Part shown: piece after piece, positions 49,887-62,788 of the stretch
How positions within the stretch are numbered: the stretch's first letter is position 1
Layout of the letters: each line of letters begins with the position of its first letter
Assembly: GCF_964213995.1 (NCBI RefSeq)
Contig: NW_027590385.1
Span: 186,001-250,000 of the forward strand
Reading direction: 5' to 3'
Length of the DNA: 64,000 bases
Source of the DNA: Mustelus asterias
Taxonomy: Eukaryota
Made by a program: the position numbers and the translations under genes
The notes under the pieces: generated by a model
Database searches by the model: none
Told to the model about the DNA's origin: nothing
Seen by the model: only the letters and a program-made list of their open reading frames with translations

Positions 49887-51811
49887 AGCTTAGTTGAAAG
49901 AAGCTGTAGGGTCGAGTCCAACAGACTGTGAGATCAAACAGGAAGCTTTTATGAGTGAAGGGGCAGATCAGGTGCCAAGTTGAAAAGCGGAAAGATTTTC
50001 TTCGTAAAAAAAACAGAAAGAGTAGAATATATTTGACGAGCTGAAAAATATTAATGTTGATATTAAGAATGGAATAGATTCGTTTGTCCAAGGAATGCAT
50101 GACGTTAGCATGTAGGTGCAGCAGATAATTGGAAGGGACATTGCATTTTGGTCTTTATTGCCGGCAGACTGGAGTCCAAGAATAACGAGGTGTTTCTGCT
50201 GTTGCACAGGGTTAGTTGAGACCACATGTTGAATATTCTGTGCAGATGTGACAGTCAAATTTAAAAAGGGATGTGCTTGCATTGGAAACGGTAAAGAGAA
50301 GATTCACCAGATTGCTTCCTGGGGTGAGGGAGTTGTCCTGTGATGAAATTCTCTGGAGTTTAGAAGAATGAGAGGCGATCTCATTACACCGACACAGCTC
50401 TAAATAGGTTTGATAGGATAGAGGCTGAGAGATTGTTTTTTTTTCCTGCTGGTCGGGGAATCTTACCCACTGTGGCACAGATAAGGTGCTGATCATTTTG
50501 GGCTAAGATAAGGAGAAATGACTTTCCTCAAAGGGCTGAGAATCTTTGGCATTCTCTGTACCTGACAGTTATGTATGCCCCATCATCGAGCACATTTAAG
50601 GTTGGATGAACAGGTTTCTGGTCTCTTGGGGAATTAAGGGATATGGGGAGATGGTGGGAAAACTGAGTTGTAGCCCAAGATCAATCAAGATGGTATTGAA
50701 TCGCGGAACAGTCTCGATGGACTGAGTGGTCTGCTTCTTCTCCTATTATTCATTTTATAATAAAAGCAGAAAGTGCTGAAAGATCTCAACAGGGCTTGCA
50801 ACAAATGTGGAGCAAGATATAGAATTAAGTTTCCGAGTCCAATATGACTCTTTGCAAACCAGTAACTGATTGCGAGTTACAGCAATTAGCACAGCATCGA
50901 GAAAGGGAATTGAATTGGATCCAGGCAGTGAAACGCTGAATTTAAACTGCCGCAGGATTTCTGTTGGAAAAATGTTCAGGGAAGTTGCTGCCAACTGAAA
51001 GGGAGGAGGTTTGAGAGCATCCTGCGCCAAATAGACCCCCTCTATTACTGGTTCTACTTATGTTCCCAATATTGATATACTTTGTGTCCTTCTGCATCAG
51101 GGAAATACTGTCCAAACTTTGCCAGTCTTGCTGATATTCACTAAGTTGTCATACAAATCGATCGATGAATATTCATTTCAAATAAAACGAGATACATTGG
51201 ATCATGCTGCTGTATATTTCCAACCTATTAGAAATATTGGATTCACAGTAACTGATAGAAATTGATGCTATAGTTGAAGATATATAACTGGAACGCAACA
51301 TCACACCGAGTGAATCCACTGTCTGTTTAAATGTTGATCAGTGAAAATTTCAACCATCCACTGCTGTGTAACACACGGCCACTGAGTCAAATAGCAATAG
51401 CCAGTCAAAAAAAGCCTGCATCAGTCAATCTTTCTCGCAACTTTCAAACTTGTTGTTATTCTCTGTACCATTTGCCTTGAAGTATATGAATAAGTGAACG
51501 CAGTTTGTGATGGTAAAAAATGTGTTCACCCCCTCTGGGAACTGAATCACATTGATACACAGAGGAACACACACAGACACCGAGAGTGACAGAGGGCGGA
51601 CAAGACACAAACACCCATAGATCAAGGATGTCACCAACTGGGTTCAGTTTTCTTCCATTTCTGGCTGGGGCTTTGGTGAATTCTAGCTGATGAACAGAAA
51701 TGAAGGAATGCGAAGTGAAGCAGGAAAAACAGATGGGAATATTTGAAAGATTTTGATTTCATTGAAAGAATAATAATTCTGCAGTCATCTAAAGGAATGA
51801 ATGCTGAGCAG

Positions 51812-51889
51812 CGCATTGAGTGAGGTTCAAATCTCCGTGAGAAAACAATAATTTCAAATCCACCGCCTGAGCCGCTTGGCCACCACTGC
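51812..51889 (-). pseudogene. Degenerate tRNA-Ser(TGA)-like pseudogene
   Basis: Minus strand GCAGTGGTGGCCAAGCGG...GGTGGATTTGAAAT. Confidence 0.5.
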
Positions 51890-52059
51890 AACCGGTGTCA
51901 ATGTGTTCGTGTTACTCATATTAAATCATTGAATAGTGACAGCAACAAAAGTTGCTGTCGAGAACCTTCTGTTCTAGAAGGTCACACTGCACCTTTCATC
52001 CCTCCTTTTTCTTTCTTACAAAATGCCATTCGCTGAAAAGACAAACGAGCTGCACTTTT

Positions 52060-52141
52060 TGGCAGTGGTGGGATTTGAACCCACAGCAATTGAGATATTG
52101 AAGCTTAAATTTAGTAATTAAGACCATGCGGCTTCACTAAC
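52060..52141 (-). pseudogene. tRNA-Leu pseudogene
   Basis: TGGCAGTGGTGGGATTTGAACCCAC = reverse complement of Leu 3' end. Confidence 0.65.
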
Positions 52142-52423
52142 AGTCGAAGGTAACTATTGCTCGGAGTAATACCGGCAACGGGTTCGAATATAATTGAGAT
52201 TTTGGATAGAACATTTCGCCCCTCAAGCACCTCACAATATTTTGGAATCATAGCCAAGCAGTTGTTTTCCATCTGTTACATTTTCGACTTTTCCAGCTTT
52301 GATGAATGATCCAGCTGGAAGATTAACTTTGTTTCTCTCTCCACGGACGCTGCCAGATCTGGTTTCATTCAATGCGGAATTCCTTTTCAATGTGTCAGTT
52401 CACACAGCAATACAAACGAGTTA

Positions 52424-52495
52424 CCCTCTGGCTGGGGATTGAATCCAGTCCATAGTGATGAACGTGCCGAATCCAAACCACTAGACCAGCAGGGA
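52424..52495 (-). pseudogene. tRNA-Glu pseudogene
   Basis: GCCGAATCCAAACCACTAGACCAGCAGGGA = reverse complement of Glu 5' half. Confidence 0.72.
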
Positions 52496-53525
52496 AGCTG
52501 ACAGTGACTTTCCCAATCAGCGGATCATCGTCATTTTAGCCATTCTCTTCCTCATCTTCCGTCACACAATCGACAGGTTTCTCATTTAAAAAAATACTCA
52601 ACTTATTTCCACATTTGTCACCTGCCATCGAGACCATGGCCGTGAAGACGATGACTTTGCACCATTGGAACACCCGAGTTCCACCATCACCAGCTCAATG
52701 TTGCCTTGACTATCATTCCTTGTGTCAAATAATACATCCTCCCTCGTTTTCTGTGCCGAACCTCGCCTTCTGCCCTTTTTCAGGAGTGACCCCTGACTTT
52801 AAAACTAGAAAATGTAGGGGAAACCCATCAGACTAATTAAAATTTGCAAATATATGAATAATAGAACTTTTCCCTCAGTCTGCAATGAATGTGATTTGGA
52901 AAAGAAATTCTGCCCAGTTTCATGCCGTGGGAGGCGGACGCGATAACTGTCGTGGAAATATTCCTGTAATTGGCTGAACACTTCTCTGGTGTTGAAACAG
53001 AAGGTGCCATTTTGCAGGAGAAGTTTGTGGTGCAAGTGGTCTGGCGTGGAAACTAAAATAACAAAAGGATCGTGGGCAGAGCAAATTGTAAAACACGCTG
53101 TAATCTGTTGGTCTGGCGGTTAGAGTTTGAAACTTTCGCTGCTGTTTTGATTGCAGGTCAGGAAATGAAGATTTATTGCTCTCCTCCAATGCGTGAGAAC
53201 AAATATCAGTTATTTCCCGGCAGAACGCACAAATCCCAGTCTCGCCTTGTGTCCTGTCCTTTCTCAAGTGAAGACCCTGAGCAAATTCAACAGGAAGCCA
53301 TATTGTCCTTTCTGGGAGCTAAACGAGGTTAAGGACAGTTTAAATGGAGCCGGCCCTTCACTGCAGCTCATTGTGTTTCTGACTGGAGATGAGTTTTGTT
53401 TGCTGCGCATTTCAGGATCATCTGATTCGGTTACGATTTAGTCAGGACCCATCCCAACTCCACGGATTTTGATATATTTCAGTATTAATGCAATGAAATT
53501 ACATGATTATCAAGTCTGTCCGTGT

Positions 53526-53607
53526 GGTAGCGTGGCCGAGCGGTCTAAGGCGCTGGATTTAGGCTCCAGTCTCTCTCGAGGCGTGGGTTCGAATCCCACC
53601 GCTGCCA
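53526..53607 (+). tRNA. TRNAL-UAG: tRNA-Leu(TAG)
   Basis: 82-nt canonical Leu with variable arm; CTGGA-TT TAG GC-TCCAG; TTTTT shortly downstream. Confidence 0.95.
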
Positions 53608-53690
53608 GAGTTGACGGAAGTTTTTGTCCTTGGAGCTGAAGTCCAACAGCTCGGGTTGAACGCAGGAGTCTGTGCGGTGTCGCTTTTGAC

Positions 53691-54765
53691 AGACGCCCTT
53701 GTGAGAACAGGATATTGCGCTTGACTCATCGATCGACAGTTCCGACACGCCGCAGCAGAAACACGCACCGACCTCCTCAGAAGCCAAGTACGGGACACAG
53801 CCCTCAGAGTCCCCTTCCTCCTCCAGTACGTCCCCAGAGTACAGAAGCCAAGACATCTTCTTCGGAGTGGAGAAGCTATGACATCTTCTTCGGAGCCTTC
53901 AGCGTACAATCGATGAAGACGAATATCACGCGAAGGCGATCTCCACGCCCCTACTACTTGCCTTCAAAAAACAGAGCAACCTCAAACAGACCATTGTTCG
54001 CAGAAAACTGCCCAGCCTGCAAGAGAACAGCGACCACGACACCACACAACCCTGCCACGGCAACCTCTGTAAGATGTGTTGGATCATCGACCCGGATGCC
54101 ACCATCACACGTGAGAACAGAATCCACCAGGTAGACGATACATACACATGCAACTCGGCCAACTTTGTCTACCTCATACGCTGCTGGAAAGGATATTCCG
54201 AATAATGGTACATAGCCGAGACCATGCAGACGCTACGACAACAGATGAATGGACACCGCTCGACAGTCACCCGGTGAGAGTATTCCTGTCGGGAAACACT
54301 TCAGCAGTCAAGGGCATTCAACCACCGATCTTCGGGTAAGCGTTCTCCAAGGCGGCCTTCAAGACGCACGACAACGCAGAATCGCTGAGCAGAAACTGAC
54401 AGCCAATTTCCATACACGAGAATGGCCTCAACCGGGACCTTGGGTTCATGTCACACGACTTGTATCCCCCACCATTTGGCCTGGGCTTGCAAAATCCTAC
54501 TAACTGGCCTGGCTTGAGCCAATTCACACCGCTTTAACCTGTCATTGTCCCCCTCTCCACTCGCATTGTCTGTACCTGAAAAGACTTGATTCGCTGTTAA
54601 AACACGCATTCCAACCATTATCATGCAATTGAGCCTGTGTCTTTCTATGCCCTGTTTCTAAACCCACCTCTCCACTCTCCTGATGAAGGAGCAGTACTCC
54701 GAAAGCTCGTGCGACCAAGTAAACTGATTGGACTTTAACCAAGTGTTGCGAGACTCCTTACTGTG
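53691..54765 (+). mobile_element. Penelope-like element, frameshifted GIY-YIG region plus 3' end
   Basis: Homologous to 19390-20500 (PLLAFKK, TTQPCHGNLCK, WYIAET, VSVLQGGLQD). Confidence 0.9.
54677..54711 (+). ncRNA. Minimal type I hammerhead ribozyme motif
   Basis: CTC-CTGATGA-A-GGAG cagta CTCC-GAAA-GC-TC-GTG: intact core, 4-bp stem II, palindromic AGCT stem III. Confidence 0.7.
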
Positions 54766-55291
54766 AGGGAGATCAACAATGATTTTACTGAATGGCGGAA
54801 CAGGCCCTAATGAAGGAGCAAATAATCCATTGCAACACCTTTTCCCTATTCTCTGATGTTCTTCTGTTCAGCTCATTGTTCTGAGAACAGATTCAAATGG
54901 TTCCTGCTCCTCTCTCTGACGTCAAGAATTGGAGAAGAAAGACACTCGGAGCTGATTGGATGAAATGTAGGATAAAGGAGATGTGAGCTGATTTGGTGTC
55001 TCCTACTGGAAAAGAATGAACCAATCACTATTGGGGCCGGATATTACTCAACATCTTCTGAACTCTGAACTGAAACAATTGAGCTTTAACTCATTGAGTT
55101 CCCATAGGCATTTGCTGGAGGAACGCTTTTTAATTTGGAAGTACAAGATAAGTTGATACATCAGGTTGAAAGTAACGAATGTGTTCTTGCATTAAGTGGC
55201 ATGGGTTCTCAATCTAACCATGTGAACCTGCAGCAACACAGTGGAATTGAGTATTGTAGTCAGACCAATTGGAGGCGATATGCTGTCATTT

Positions 55292-55344
55292 GTTTCTGTA
55301 GTGTAGTGCTTGTAAAGGACCCCGGTCCGAAACCGGGCAGAAGA
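55292..55344 (+). pseudogene. tRNA-Val pseudogene, internally deleted
   Basis: GTTTCTGTAGTGTAGTG...CCCGGTCCGAAACCGGGCAGAA, anticodon arm missing. Confidence 0.75.
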
Positions 55345-55644
55345 ATACATTAAGATTTTTCATGAACGGGTGAGAGAAATCTGAAAGATTTCAGTTTGTT
55401 GGTGAACATTATTCAAATCTCGATTCGTATTATCTTTGCTTGAAGTCGGCCTCAAATGCTTCCTGAAAAATAAATGCTGAATATTTTCACGCACTGACAG
55501 GAAAGAAATGTTTCTATTTTGACAACACGCGCAAATTAGCATTTCGTTCAGTCCACAACAGAATTTAATGGGTTAATAGGTGCAGATTAACATAGTTAAT
55601 CACCATCTGAAACATGTCTAATGGTAGTGTGTGCTCAAAAAGAC

Positions 55645-55712
55645 AGTAGTGTAGTGTTTATCACGTTCGCCTCACACACGATAAGTTCCCGGTGCGAAAC
55701 GGGGCAGAAACA
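55645..55712 (+). pseudogene. tRNA-Val(CAC) pseudogene, 5' end lost
   Basis: TTCGC-CT CAC AC anticodon arm; T loop mutated. Confidence 0.75.
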
Positions 55713-56683
55713 CTGTTGGATCGTTCTCATTAAGCGTGAGCAAAGTCTGCATGATGTAAGTTCATTGCTCAACGTCATGCGAATCCGATTTCACGGTCAT
55801 GTTATATTGGCTTTGACGTCGGCCTCAAATGCATTTAGGAAAGTTCGAAATGCTGTTTTTCGGACGCAGGGAATAAAGAACTCCATTGTTTGTACACATA
55901 TTCGCAACTCGTGCAGTCCACACATTAATTTAATGGGTTTAGAGGTGCAGACTGACGTAGTTAATCACCATCTGAAATATATCGAATAGTATTGTGTGCT
56001 CATAAAGACAGACACAATTGAAAGTCAAACTGAACTGGGGGAAATAGGCGCATTTCACAGAAGCACCTTTGTAAAATTGCTCTTCACAGTAAAGAAATAG
56101 TTCAAACCACTCAGACAAATGTGGAAATCGAGATTCAGTGCGGACCTCCTGGACTTCCGATAGATGGACGAGATTTAGGCGCCAGAATACTTCACGCACA
56201 GAATAAAGAGGATTCAAGTACATTTTATTTTCTTTAAAGGATGAATGTGGTCAATCTCAAATAAACATCATGGCATTGGCATTACCGAGTGACTCTATTT
56301 CTTTTGTTGGTCAGACATGTTTGCAAGACAATGTTGTATATTTCAGAGATATTCAATTCAGAATGAGGACATCTGTGTTAAATAAACGTATTGAAATTAA
56401 ATGTTGAATAACTACAAATATTTGATATAACTCTGAAATTATTTGACGGAAGATGAGAATGATGTATTAGTGAATGAACAGAAGTCATTGCCGCCTGAGA
56501 CATTTGCCAGACGAACGCTTTTTAATTTTGAAGTTCAAGACAAGTTGAGATATCAGGTTGAAAGTAACGAATTTGTTCTTCTATTAATTGACATGGACCC
56601 TCAATGTGACCATGAGAACCTGCAGCAACACAATGTAGTTCAACATTGTAGTCAGGCCAATTGGCGGCGTGGCGCATTCTCTT

Positions 56684-56756
56684 GTTTCTGTCGTGTTGTG
56701 GTTATCACATTGGCCCAACACGTGAAAGATCACCGCTTCAGAACCGGGCAGAACAT
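56684..56756 (+). pseudogene. tRNA-Val(AAC) pseudogene
   Basis: Multiple substitutions relative to 60373. Confidence 0.78.
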
Positions 56757-57947
56757 TCATCAGCTTTCCCATGTAGGGTGAGGGAAATCTGTATGATTTC
56801 AGATCGTCGCTGAACATCAACCAAATCTCGATGTTACAGCCATCTTATCTTTGCTCTGAACTCTGCCTCAAATGATTTCTGTAAAATAAGAAATGCTGAT
56901 TCCTTTGACGCACTGACAGGAAATTTTCGATTTTGACAGTGTGCACACATTAGCATCTCTTTAGGCGGACAACAGAATTTAATGGGTTTAAAGGTGCAGA
57001 CGAACGTAGTTAATCACCATCTGTGCGCTCAAAAAGACAGACACAAGTGAGGAAAAGGCGCACATTTCCTACAACATTTTTTTTTGGAAATCGTTCTTCA
57101 TAACAAGGAAATAGGAAACAGCACTCAGCCAGATGGGGAAATCGAGACTCAGTGCGGATCTATTGGACTTTCCTAAAGATGGCCAACATTTATGCGCATG
57201 AATGTTTTACGCCCACAATTAAAAGGCTTAAGTGCAACTAACAGATATCTTTTCAATCTCTTTCATTTAAATGGAGTTGATTTTGTTTAACAGCAGACTA
57301 TGATCAATGTCAAAATTGCGATCTCCTTTACCCAGTGACTCGCTTCCAACTGTTGGGCAGTTATGTTTGCAATTCAGTGAAATTTAATTTCAGAGATATT
57401 CAATTCATAATGAGGACATATGTATTAAATAATACATTGATACTAAATATTAAAACAAATACTGAGTAAAATTGTAAAATGAGTTTCACGAATGCTATCT
57501 GAAACCGAAACGTCAGCCCTTTTCACTCCTTACAGATGCTGCCAGACATTTTGAGATTTTCCAGCACTTTCTCTGTTGGTTTCAGATTCCAGCATCCACG
57601 GTAAATTGTTTTTATTACTGAGTACAATTGGTTGAGATTATTCGAAGGAAGATGAGAGCGATGCATTAATGAATGAGCAGAAATCATTGCTCCCTCAGAT
57701 ATTTTCCAGACGAACGCTTCTAAGTTTTGAAGTTCAAGATAAGTTGAGCAACCAGTTTGAAAGCAGCGGTTATCTTCCTGAAACAAGACACATTGTTGAG
57801 GGGTGGGTGGGGGAGGGAGGTCGCGAGGGTGAATGGGGAGGGGAGGGGGGAGGAGACGAGGCTCTCAGTCTAACCATTTGAACGTGCAGCACAACTGCGC
57901 AGTTCAACATTGCAGACAGGCAGATTTGCTCAACCGCGTTTCAAGCG

Positions 57948-58020
57948 GTTTCTGTAGCGTAGTGATGATCACGTTGACCTAACACGCGAAAGGTCCCCGA
58001 TTCGAAGCCAAGCGGAAACA
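57948..58020 (+). pseudogene. tRNA-Val(AAC) pseudogene
   Basis: Stem mismatches relative to 60373. Confidence 0.8.
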
Positions 58021-59166
58021 TGCATTACGCTTTCTCGTGTCAGGAAAGTTGCTTGATTTCGGTTTGTTGCGCAACATTATCCGGACCTCCATGTTAAAGG
58101 CATGTTATCATTGCTCTGACAGCACCCTCAAATGCTTTCTGTGAAATAAGAAACGGTTTTTCTTTGACGCACTGACAGGAAAGTTCGGTTTTGACACCGA
58201 GCACATATTCGCACCTCGTTCAGTCGACACCCGAATTTAATGGGTTTATAGGTGCAGACTAATATGGTTGATCACCGTCTGAAATGTCAGATAGTCGTGT
58301 GTGCTCAAAGAGAGAGATACAAGTGATACTGTAAGTGAACGAGAGGAAATGGCGCACATTTCACAGAAGAATCTTTTTTTGAAAATCGTTTTTCATCACT
58401 ACGAAACAGGAAAAACCACTCAGACAGGTGAGGGAATCGAGACTCAGTGCGAATCTAAAGGACTTTCTTGTAAAGGGCCGGAATTTATGCGCATGCATGT
58501 TTCACGCCCATAATTAAAATGGCTCAAGTGTCACGAACAGATAATTCTTGATTCTTCTCCATTTAAATGCAGTTGACTTTGTTTAAAAGCTGACGATAGT
58601 CAATCTCAAAATTGCGATCTGTATTACCCGGTGATTCGATTCGTTCTGTTGGGCAGTTATGTTTGCAATTCAGTCTTGTTCAATTTCAGAAATATTCAAT
58701 TCATAATGAAGACATACGTGTTATATAATTCCTTGATACTAAATAGTGAAACAAATACTGAGTACAATTGTACAATGAGCTTTGATGAAGTGCCATCTGG
58801 ACTCGAAACGCACGCCCTTTTCGCTCCTTACAGGTGCTGCCAGACATTGTGAGATTTTGCAGCATTTTCTCTTTTCTCATCCGCAGTAATTTGCTTTTAT
58901 TACTGAGTACAATTGATTGAGATTATTCGAAAAAGATGAAAATGATGCATTAATGAATGGATAGAAATCATTGCTCCCTTAGATGTTTGCTAAACGAACG
59001 ATTTCAAATGTTGATGTTCGGCATAAGCCGTACAATCAGATTGAAAGTAACGGTTATCTTCCTGAATTCAGTGCCATGGGCTCTCAGTCTCACCATCGGA
59101 ACCTGTAGCAACACAGCGTAGTTGAACATTGCAGACAGGCAGATTTGCTCTATCGTGCTTCAAGCT

Positions 59167-59240
59167 GGTTCTGTAGTGTAGTTGTTGTCGCGTTCGCCTA
59201 ACACGCGGAAAGTTCCCCGATTCGAGACCGGACAGAAACA
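59167..59240 (+). pseudogene. tRNA-Val(AAC) pseudogene
   Basis: D-loop and B-box mutations. Confidence 0.8.
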
Positions 59241-60372
59241 TTCATTAAGCTTTCTCATGTCGGGTAAGGGAAGTCTGCTTGATTGCTGTTTGATGCTGAA
59301 CGTTATCCGAACCTCGATGTTAAAGACATGTTATCATTGCTCTGACATCACCCTCAAATGCTTTCTGTGAAATAAGAAACGATATTTTTTTGACGCACTG
59401 ACAGGAATGTTCGATTTTGACACCGAGCACTTATTCGCATCTCGTTCAGTCTACAACAGAATTTAATGGGTTTAGAGGTGCAGACTAATATGGTTAATCG
59501 CCATCTGAAATATCTGATAGTAGCGTGTGCTCAAAAAGACAGATGCAAGTGATACTGTAAGTGAACGAGAGGAAATGGTGCACATTTCACAGAATATTTT
59601 TTAAAAATCGTTTTTCATCACTGAGAAACAGGAAAAGCCACTCAGACAGATGAGGGAATCGAGACACCGCGCGGATCGACTGGACTTTCCTGTAAAGGGC
59701 CGGAATTTATGCACCTGAATGTTTCACGACCATAATAAAAAGGCTCAAGTGTCACGAACAGATAATTCTTGATTCTCCTCCATTTAAATGTAGTTGACTT
59801 TTTTTTAAAAAGCTGACTATGTTCAATCTTAAAATTGCTCGGTGACTCGATTCATTTTGTTGGTCAGTTATGTTTGCAATTCAGTGATGTTCAATTCCAG
59901 AAATGAAGACATATGTGTCAAATAATGCATTGGTACTAAATATTGAAACAAATATTGCGTACAATTGATGAGCTTTGACAAAACGTCATCTCGACTCGAA
60001 ACGTCAGCTCTTTTCACTCCTTATAGATGCTGCCAGTCCTTGTGAGACTTGCCAGAATTTTCCCTTTTCGTTTACGATTCCAGAATCCGCAATCATTTGC
60101 TTCTTTACTGAGTACAATTGATTGAGATTATTCGAAAAAAGACAAAAATGATGCATTAATGAATGGGCAGAAATCATTGCTCCCTTAGATATTTGCGAGA
60201 CGAACGCTTTTAACTTTTGATGTTCGGGATACGTCGTACAATCAGATTGAAAGTAACGGTTATCTTCCTGAATTCAGTGACATGGGCTCTCAGTCACACC
60301 ATCGGAACCTGCAGCAACACAGCGTAGTTGAACATTGCAGACAGGCAGATTTGCTGAAATGCCTTGCAAGCT

Positions 60373-60445
60373 GTTTCTGTAGTGTAGTGGTTATCACGTT
60401 CGCCTAACGCGCGAAAGGTCCCCGGTTCGAAACCGGGCAGAAACA
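60373..60445 (+). tRNA. TRNAV-AAC: tRNA-Val(AAC)
   Basis: Full cloverleaf GTTTCTG/CAGAAAC, TTCGC-CT AAC GC-GCGAA, CCCGG/CCGGG; G at position 37. Confidence 0.9.
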
Positions 60446-61584
60446 TCCATTAAGCTTTCCCATGTCGGGTAAGGGAAAATTGCTTGATTTCAGTTCATTT
60501 CTCATCATTATCCGAGCCTCGATTTTAAAGGCATGTTTTGATTGCGCTGACATCACCCTCAACTGCTTTCTGTGAATTAAGAAACATTTTTTTTGACGCA
60601 CTGACAGGAAAATTCGATTTTGACACCGAGCACTTATTCTCATCTCGTTCAGTCTGCAACAGAATTTTATGGATTTATAGGTGTAGACTAATATGATTAA
60701 TCACCATCTGAAATATCTGACAGTAGTGTGTGCTCAAAAAGAAAGTTACAACTGATACTGTAAGTGAACTGGAGGAAATGGCGCACATTTCACAGAAGAA
60801 TCTTTTTTTAAATATTCTTTCAACACGAAGAAACATGAAAAGCCACTCATACCGATGAGGGAATCGAGACTCAGCGCGGATATAATGGACTTTCCTGTAA
60901 AGGGCCTGGACTGATTCGCCTGAATGTTTCGCGCCCATAATTAAAAAGGCTCAAGTGTCGCGAACAGATAATTCTTGATTCTTCTCCATTTAAATGCAGT
61001 TGACTTTGTTTAAAAGCTGACGATAGTCAATCTCAAAATTACGATTTGTATTAGCCGGTGATTCGATTCGTTCTGTTGTTCAGTTATGTTTGGGATGAAG
61101 TGATGTTCGATTTCAGAGATATTCAATTAATAATGAAGACATATGTGTTAAATGATGCATTGATACTAAACAGTGAAACAAATACTGAGTACAATTGTAC
61201 AATGAGCTTTGATAAAGTGTCATCTGGACTCGAAACGTCCGCCCTTTTCACTCCTTACAGGTGCTGTCAGACATTGTGAGATTTTGCAGCATTTTCTCTT
61301 TTCTCATCCGCAGTAATTTGCTTTTATTACTGAGTACAATTGATTGAAATGAGTCGAAGGACGATGAAAATGATGCATTAATGAATGGGCAGAAATTATT
61401 GCTCCCTTAGATATTTCCTTTTTATATTTTGATGTTCGGGATAAGTCGTACAATCAGATTGAAAGTAACGGTTACCTTCCTGAATTAGGTGGCATGGACT
61501 CTCTGTCTAACCATCGGAACCTGCAGCAACACAGCGTAGTTCAACATTTCATCCAGGTAGATTTGCTCTAACGTGCTCGAAGCT

Positions 61585-61658
61585 GTTTCTGTCGTGTCGT
61601 GGTTATCACGTTCGACCAGCACGTGAAAAATTCCCCGGTTTGAAAGGGGGCAGAAACA
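61585..61658 (+). pseudogene. tRNA-Val pseudogene
   Basis: Degenerate anticodon and T arms. Confidence 0.78.
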
Positions 61659-62788
61659 TTCATTAAGCTTTCTCATGTCGGGTGAGAGAAAATTGCTTTA
61701 TTTCAGTTTGATGCTCAACATTATCCGAGCCTCGATGTTAAAGGCATGTTATCATTGCTCTGACATCACCCTCAAATGCTTTCTGTGAAATAAGAAACGC
61801 TTCTTTTTTGACGCACTGACAGGAAATTTCGATTTTGACACCGAACACTTCTTCGCATCTCGTTCAGTCTACAACAGAATTTAATGGGTTTATCGGTGCA
61901 GACTAATATGGTTAATCGCCGTCTGAAATATCTGATCGTAGTGTGTGCTCAAAAAGACAGATACAAGTGAGACTGTAAGTGAACGAGAGGAAATGGCGCA
62001 CATTTCACAGAAGAATCTTTTTTTAAATCGTTTTTCATCACTAAAACACGAGAAGCCACTCAGACAGATGAGGAAATCGAGACACAGTGCGGATCTACTA
62101 GACTTTCCTGTAAAGGGCCGGAATTTATGCGCATGAATGTTTCACGCCCATAATAAAAAAGGCTCAAGGGTCACTGGCAGATAATTCTTAAATCTCTTCC
62201 ATTTCGATCTAGTTGACTTCTTAAAAAAAACTGACTATGTTCAATCTTAAAATTGCAATCTGTACTACCCGGTGACTAGATTCATTTTGTTGGTCAGTTA
62301 TGTTTGCAAATCAGTGATGTTGAATTTCAGAGATATTCAATTCATAATGAAGGCATATGTGTTAAATAATGCATTGATACCAAATATTGAAACAAATATT
62401 GAGTACAATTGCACAATGAGCTTTTACAAAATGTCATCTCAACACGAAACGCCAGGTCGTTTCACACCTTATAGATGCTGCCAGTCTTTGTGAGACTTGC
62501 CAGAATTTTCCCTTTTCGTTTCCGATTCCTGCATCCGCAGTAATTTGCTTTTATTCCTGAGTACAATTGATTGAGATTATTGGAAGGAAGATGAGAATGA
62601 TGAAATGATGAATGGGTGGAAATCATTGCTCCCTTAAATATTTTCCAGACGAACGTTTTTAACTTTTGATGTTCGGGATACGTCCTGCAATCAGATTGAA
62701 AGGAAAGGTTATCTTCCGAAATTAAGTGCCCTGGGTTCTCAGTCCAACCATCCGAACCTGCAGCAACACAGCGTAGTTGGACATTGCA

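Larger units (their letters stand above)
40872..51150 (+). repeat. tRNA module copy C (older, more diverged)
   Basis: Colinear with 29597-39950; own CR1 insertions at 44136, 45875, 49089. Confidence 0.85.
55100..62788 (+). repeat. Tandem array of ~1.2-kb tRNA-Val units
   Basis: Val copies at 55292, ~55645, 56684, 57948, 59167, 60373, 61585; spacings 1219, 1206, 1212 among the last four. Confidence 0.92.

Noticed and set aside
61585-61658. Apparent AGC (Ala) anticodon in a Val body
   Set aside because: The copy has many other stem-breaking mutations; decay rather than identity switch
55100-62788. Regularly spaced repeats as CRISPR-like array
   Set aside because: Eukaryotic context; whole 1.2-kb units are homologous with no unique spacers and no cas genes
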